Origin: an uncultured virus (IMG/VR IMGVR_UViG_3300028601_000024)
Taxonomy: Duplodnaviria; Heunggongvirae; Uroviricota; Caudoviricetes
Reading direction: 5' to 3' (one strand)
Virus record (IMG/VR): IMGVR_UViG_3300028601_000024
DNA: 20,000 nucleotides
Under the pieces are notes generated by a model, which saw only the letters and a program-made list of their open reading frames with translations, had not been told where the DNA came from and made no database searches. A program made the translations under genes and the position numbers. Each line of letters starts with the position of its first letter. Positions within the stretch are counted from its first letter, which is position 1. Positions 17,336-20,000 of this stretch are shown here, piece after piece.

Positions 17336-17580
17336 TTTCTATATTACTTTACCCAATTATCTTTATCGATAAGGCTAATTCATGAGTTAGTATAGGTATC
17401 CCTATATTAACTCAGAACTATCACTAAAGATCGTTTTTGTTACTATAGAAATATAATTCCTATAGTAATTCAAGTCCCTCAAGGTTGATAGTTTATGTAG
17501 AATTTTTTCAAAAATTTTATTTTTTTTAAAATTTTGGACAAAAACTATCACAAGTGATAGTTTTGTTAATATAGAAATTA
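17333..17580. other. multi-hairpin non-coding element bounded by a perfect 14-bp inverted repeat (ncRNA or origin candidate)
   Basis: TAATTTCTATATTA (17333-17346) and TAATATAGAAATTA (17567-17580); internal stems 17355-17380, 17383-17414, 17416-17493 (enclosing 17440-17468), 17508-17538 and 17538-17566. Confidence 0.6.
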
Positions 17581-17622
17581 TATACCTTCATTTTTGTAGT
17601 ATATTATCTATCACTTGTGATA
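17541..17622. promoter_or_regulatory. pair of operator-like palindromes TATCAC-NN-GTGATA upstream of the recJ-like gene
   Basis: AAAACTATCAC-AA-GTGATAGTTTT (17541-17564); CTATCACTTGTGATA (17608-17622) is the exact reverse complement of 17546-17560. Confidence 0.55.
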
Positions 17623-17662
17623 ATAAATCTATTATAGAAATAACACCATAAAAAGGTAAGGA

Positions 17663-19309
17663 ATGCAGGACACAGACGAAATTATCGAAATAGATAACCT
17701 AGAACAATTAACACCTGATTCATTAATACATAAACTTATGAGTAGTGTTGATGATTCAATTAATAGTTGGAATCAGCTACCTAGCCCATATGATATGTTA
17801 AATATGGATATTGCTGTTAATAGATTTATTCAAGCAATTAATACTAATCAACGTATTTTATTTGTACATGATAGTGACGCCGACGGTATAGGTACTTATA
17901 TGTTAAGTTATATATTTTTTCAAAAATTTATTTATAATAATATTGAAATCATAATAACAGACAGATCTAGAGGATATGGATTTGTACCATCATATATTAC
18001 TGAGCGACAAGGCACACAAAATCTTCCAAATTTAGTAATAACTGCTGATAATGGTATAACCAGTCATGCTGCTTGTGATCTATGTAAATCATTAGGTATT
18101 GATGTTATTATTACTGATCATCACCAAGTCGATCAACATGAAGGTATTCCAGATGCAATTATTGTTGATCCACATCAACCTAATTGTCCATTTCCGTATA
18201 AAGATATTAATGGAACTTTTGTATATTGGTATTTTTTAAAAGCTATTAGAGATATTAGTAATACCCCAATTGATATGATCGAAGAATTTCTTCCAGAATT
18301 ATGCTTAACAACTATCAGTGATGTTATGCCCTTAATTCATATTAATAGATTTGTAGTCAAAGAAGGGTTACAAAGATTCAATATTCATCATCGACAATGG
18401 GTTAGAACTTTTGTTGAAGTTTTTAAAAAGCCAAATATTACAGCTGAAGATTTAGCTTTTAATTTGATACCAGCAATTAATGCAACTGGTAGATTAACGC
18501 GTGCGGAAGAAAGTGCTTGCTTCTTAGCAGCAACTGATAGAAAAACTAGTCTGGATTGGTTCACGTATATTAAATCATTGAATGATATTAGAAAGAATAA
18601 ACAAGAAAACCTTTTAACAACAATTTATACAAAATATGATGCATGGACACAATACCCATTTATAGCTATTCCTGGTGATAATTTTGAAAAAGGTTTACTT
18701 GGACCATGTGCTAGTAAATTAGCAGATAGATATAAAAAACCTGCAATTGTTTTTTCTTTAAATAAAGATAAAACAATGTATTCAGGAAGTGGAAGAGCAT
18801 ATGGTCAAATTGACATACTACAACTTGTTAAAAATAACCCTTATGTTATTCAAAATAAAACAGGTGGACACAAACAAGCATGTGGGGTAAGTGTAATGGT
18901 TGAAAATTGGGAGAAGTTTTGGCAAACACTTCAACAAGACACTATTAAATTATCATCTGAATTATATAAAGACTCAACAAAAACAGCTATAGGTCATATT
19001 GATTTAAGATATATTGATTATGAATTATTTAAAAAAATAGATTTCTTTCAACCTTTCGGTCAAGGATTTAGAAATCCTTTACTTCAAAGCACGGTTACCA
19101 TTAAAGAATTGAAAACAATGGGTAAGGAAAAAAATCATTACAATATGGTTGTTACAGATGGTATGTGTGAAATTCGTGCAATTCAATTTTTCTTTAATGA
19201 TAAATTAGAAAAGAATGCAACATATAATATTGTGTATTCATTAAATGAAGATACATATGCAGGAAACGAAAACATAGTATTACAGATTAAAGATGCTATA
19301 AAAATTTAA
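17663..19309 (+). CDS. recJ: RecJ-like single-stranded DNA exonuclease (DHH/DHHA1)
   Basis: HDSDADG, TADNG, TDHH, TISDVMPL, PAINATGRL, GSGR, GGHKQACG and FQPFGQG motifs; C-terminal OB-like region. Confidence 0.95.
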   Translation: MQDTDEIIEIDNLEQLTPDSLIHKLMSSVDDSINSWNQLPSPYDMLNMDIAVNRFIQAINTNQRILFVHDSDADGIGTYMLSYIFFQKFIYNNIEIIITDRSRGYGFVPSYITERQGTQNLPNLVITADNGITSHAACDLCKSLGIDVIITDHHQVDQHEGIPDAIIVDPHQPNCPFPYKDINGTFVYWYFLKAIRDISNTPIDMIEEFLPELCLTTISDVMPLIHINRFVVKEGLQRFNIHHRQWVRTFVEVFKKPNITAEDLAFNLIPAINATGRLTRAEESACFLAATDRKTSLDWFTYIKSLNDIRKNKQENLLTTIYTKYDAWTQYPFIAIPGDNFEKGLLGPCASKLADRYKKPAIVFSLNKDKTMYSGSGRAYGQIDILQLVKNNPYVIQNKTGGHKQACGVSVMVENWEKFWQTLQQDTIKLSSELYKDSTKTAIGHIDLRYIDYELFKKIDFFQPFGQGFRNPLLQSTVTIKELKTMGKEKNHYNMVVTDGMCEIRAIQFFFNDKLEKNATYNIVYSLNEDTYAGNENIVLQIKDAIKI

Positions 19310-19318
19310 AGGAAATAT

Positions 19319-19714
19319 ATGAAAAGATATGATGATGTTAATTCAAAAGAACAAGTAGAGGCAGTAGATGCTAAAAAGGTAATTATTGATTTAGATCATA
19401 TGCCAGCAATTCATAAAGCGTTTACTGATTATTTAAAAGATTTAATTCTTCCAGGAACTGATAAAAAAATATTTAAAAAAGTAGCAAATGATTTTTTAAT
19501 ATTTAATGATATATCAGATGAAGATCTTGCAAATATTGTTAAAGAAAAAGTTACAAAATTAGAATTTGTAAAAAAAGTGATGTTTTACAATATGGATAAT
19601 TTTATAAATATTGCGTATGGTGAACCAGTAGTCGCAATTCAGGAATTTCCATATATGTTTGAAACCAGTCCAATAAATGATCAAATTATTAAATATGAAT
19701 TCATTATCAATTAA
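19319..19714 (+). CDS. hypothetical protein (131 aa)
   Basis: AAAGGA RBS directly after the recJ stop. Confidence 0.8.
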   Translation: MKRYDDVNSKEQVEAVDAKKVIIDLDHMPAIHKAFTDYLKDLILPGTDKKIFKKVANDFLIFNDISDEDLANIVKEKVTKLEFVKKVMFYNMDNFINIAYGEPVVAIQEFPYMFETSPINDQIIKYEFIIN

Positions 19715-19766
19715 GATATGAATAATCAATTATAGAAATTAAATTAACAACAAAAAAAGGAAACAC

Positions 19767-20000
19767 ATGCAAAGAATCGATATTAATGAATTAGATAGTA
19801 CTCCGGTAACTTACCAAATGCCTCCAATGGGAGTAGCACAAGCTGCACCTGTATATGAAGCACCAGTAGCACAAGCTGCACCTGTACAAGCTGCACCAGT
19901 AGCACAAGCTGCACCAGTAGCACAAGCTGCACCAGTAGCACAAGCTGCACCTGTACAAGCTGCACCAGTAGCACAAGCTGCACCTGTACAAGCTGCACCA
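19767..20000 (+). CDS. partial protein with Ala/Pro/Gln-rich (V)AQAAP repeats; runs off the window, absent from the ORF track
   Basis: AAAGGA RBS; MQRIDINELDSTPVTYQMPPMGVAQAAPVYEAPVAQAAPVQAAPVAQAAP... with no stop before 20000. Confidence 0.85.
   Translation, partial: MQRIDINELDSTPVTYQMPPMGVAQAAPVYEAPVAQAAPVQAAPVAQAAPVAQAAPVAQAAPVQAAPVAQAAPVQAAP
19833..20000 (+). repeat. 15/18-bp coding minisatellite
   Basis: Interleaved gtagcacaagctgcacc(a/t) and gtacaagctgcacca units. Confidence 0.9.

Noticed and set aside
17333..17580. Retron msr-msd or MITE
   Set aside because: Terminal inverted repeats are present, but there is no reverse transcriptase or transposase in the window, no clear target-site duplication and no second copy. 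Kept only as a generic structured element.
17541..17622. TATCAC sites as DnaA boxes or lambda-type operators
   Set aside because: They do not match TTATCCACA, and the 2-nt spacer differs from the 17-bp lambda operator geometry. The resemblance is limited to a hexamer.
19783..19998. Minus-strand ORFs 19783-19998 and 19791-19991
   Set aside because: These are shadows of the + strand AQAAP minisatellite, and the + frame has an RBS and ATG.
1..20000. Genome-wide stop-codon reassignment (TAG>Gln or TGA>Trp)
   Set aside because: rnhA, recJ, DUF262 and the 661-aa gene are intact under code 11 and coding density is already very high. TAG and TGA serve as plausible real stops (e.g. 2254, 5812), and only isolated interruptions are seen.

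Overview
This is a very AT-rich, gene-dense window with every credible gene on the + strand, tight ATGA/TAATG-type overlaps and AAGGA-type Shine-Dalgarno sites. That layout fits an accessory/early region of a large (probably jumbo) dsDNA phage running into a DNA-metabolism block. The host is unknown; the RNase HI and signal-peptide style weakly suggest Campylobacterota (inference). Recognisable products are a Trp-repeat protein with a C-terminal GCFxG domain, RNase HI, an ABC-type P-loop ATPase, a 661-aa CxxC + YfaP/DUF2135-like protein with a 148-aa partner, a frameshifted HxD...H cupin/2OG-Fe(II)-like gene, a stand-alone DUF262 protein, an SLT-type transglycosylase, a RecJ-like DHH nuclease and a truncated (V)AQAAP-repeat ORF that the ORF track missed. 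The most unusual non-coding signal is the 17333-17660 intergenic region. There a perfect 14-bp inverted repeat encloses five back-to-back stems, accompanied by repeated TATCAC-NN-GTGATA palindromes and a TATAGAAAT motif that recurs in other intergenic gaps. No CRISPR array, tRNA, rRNA, reverse transcriptase or transposase was seen.
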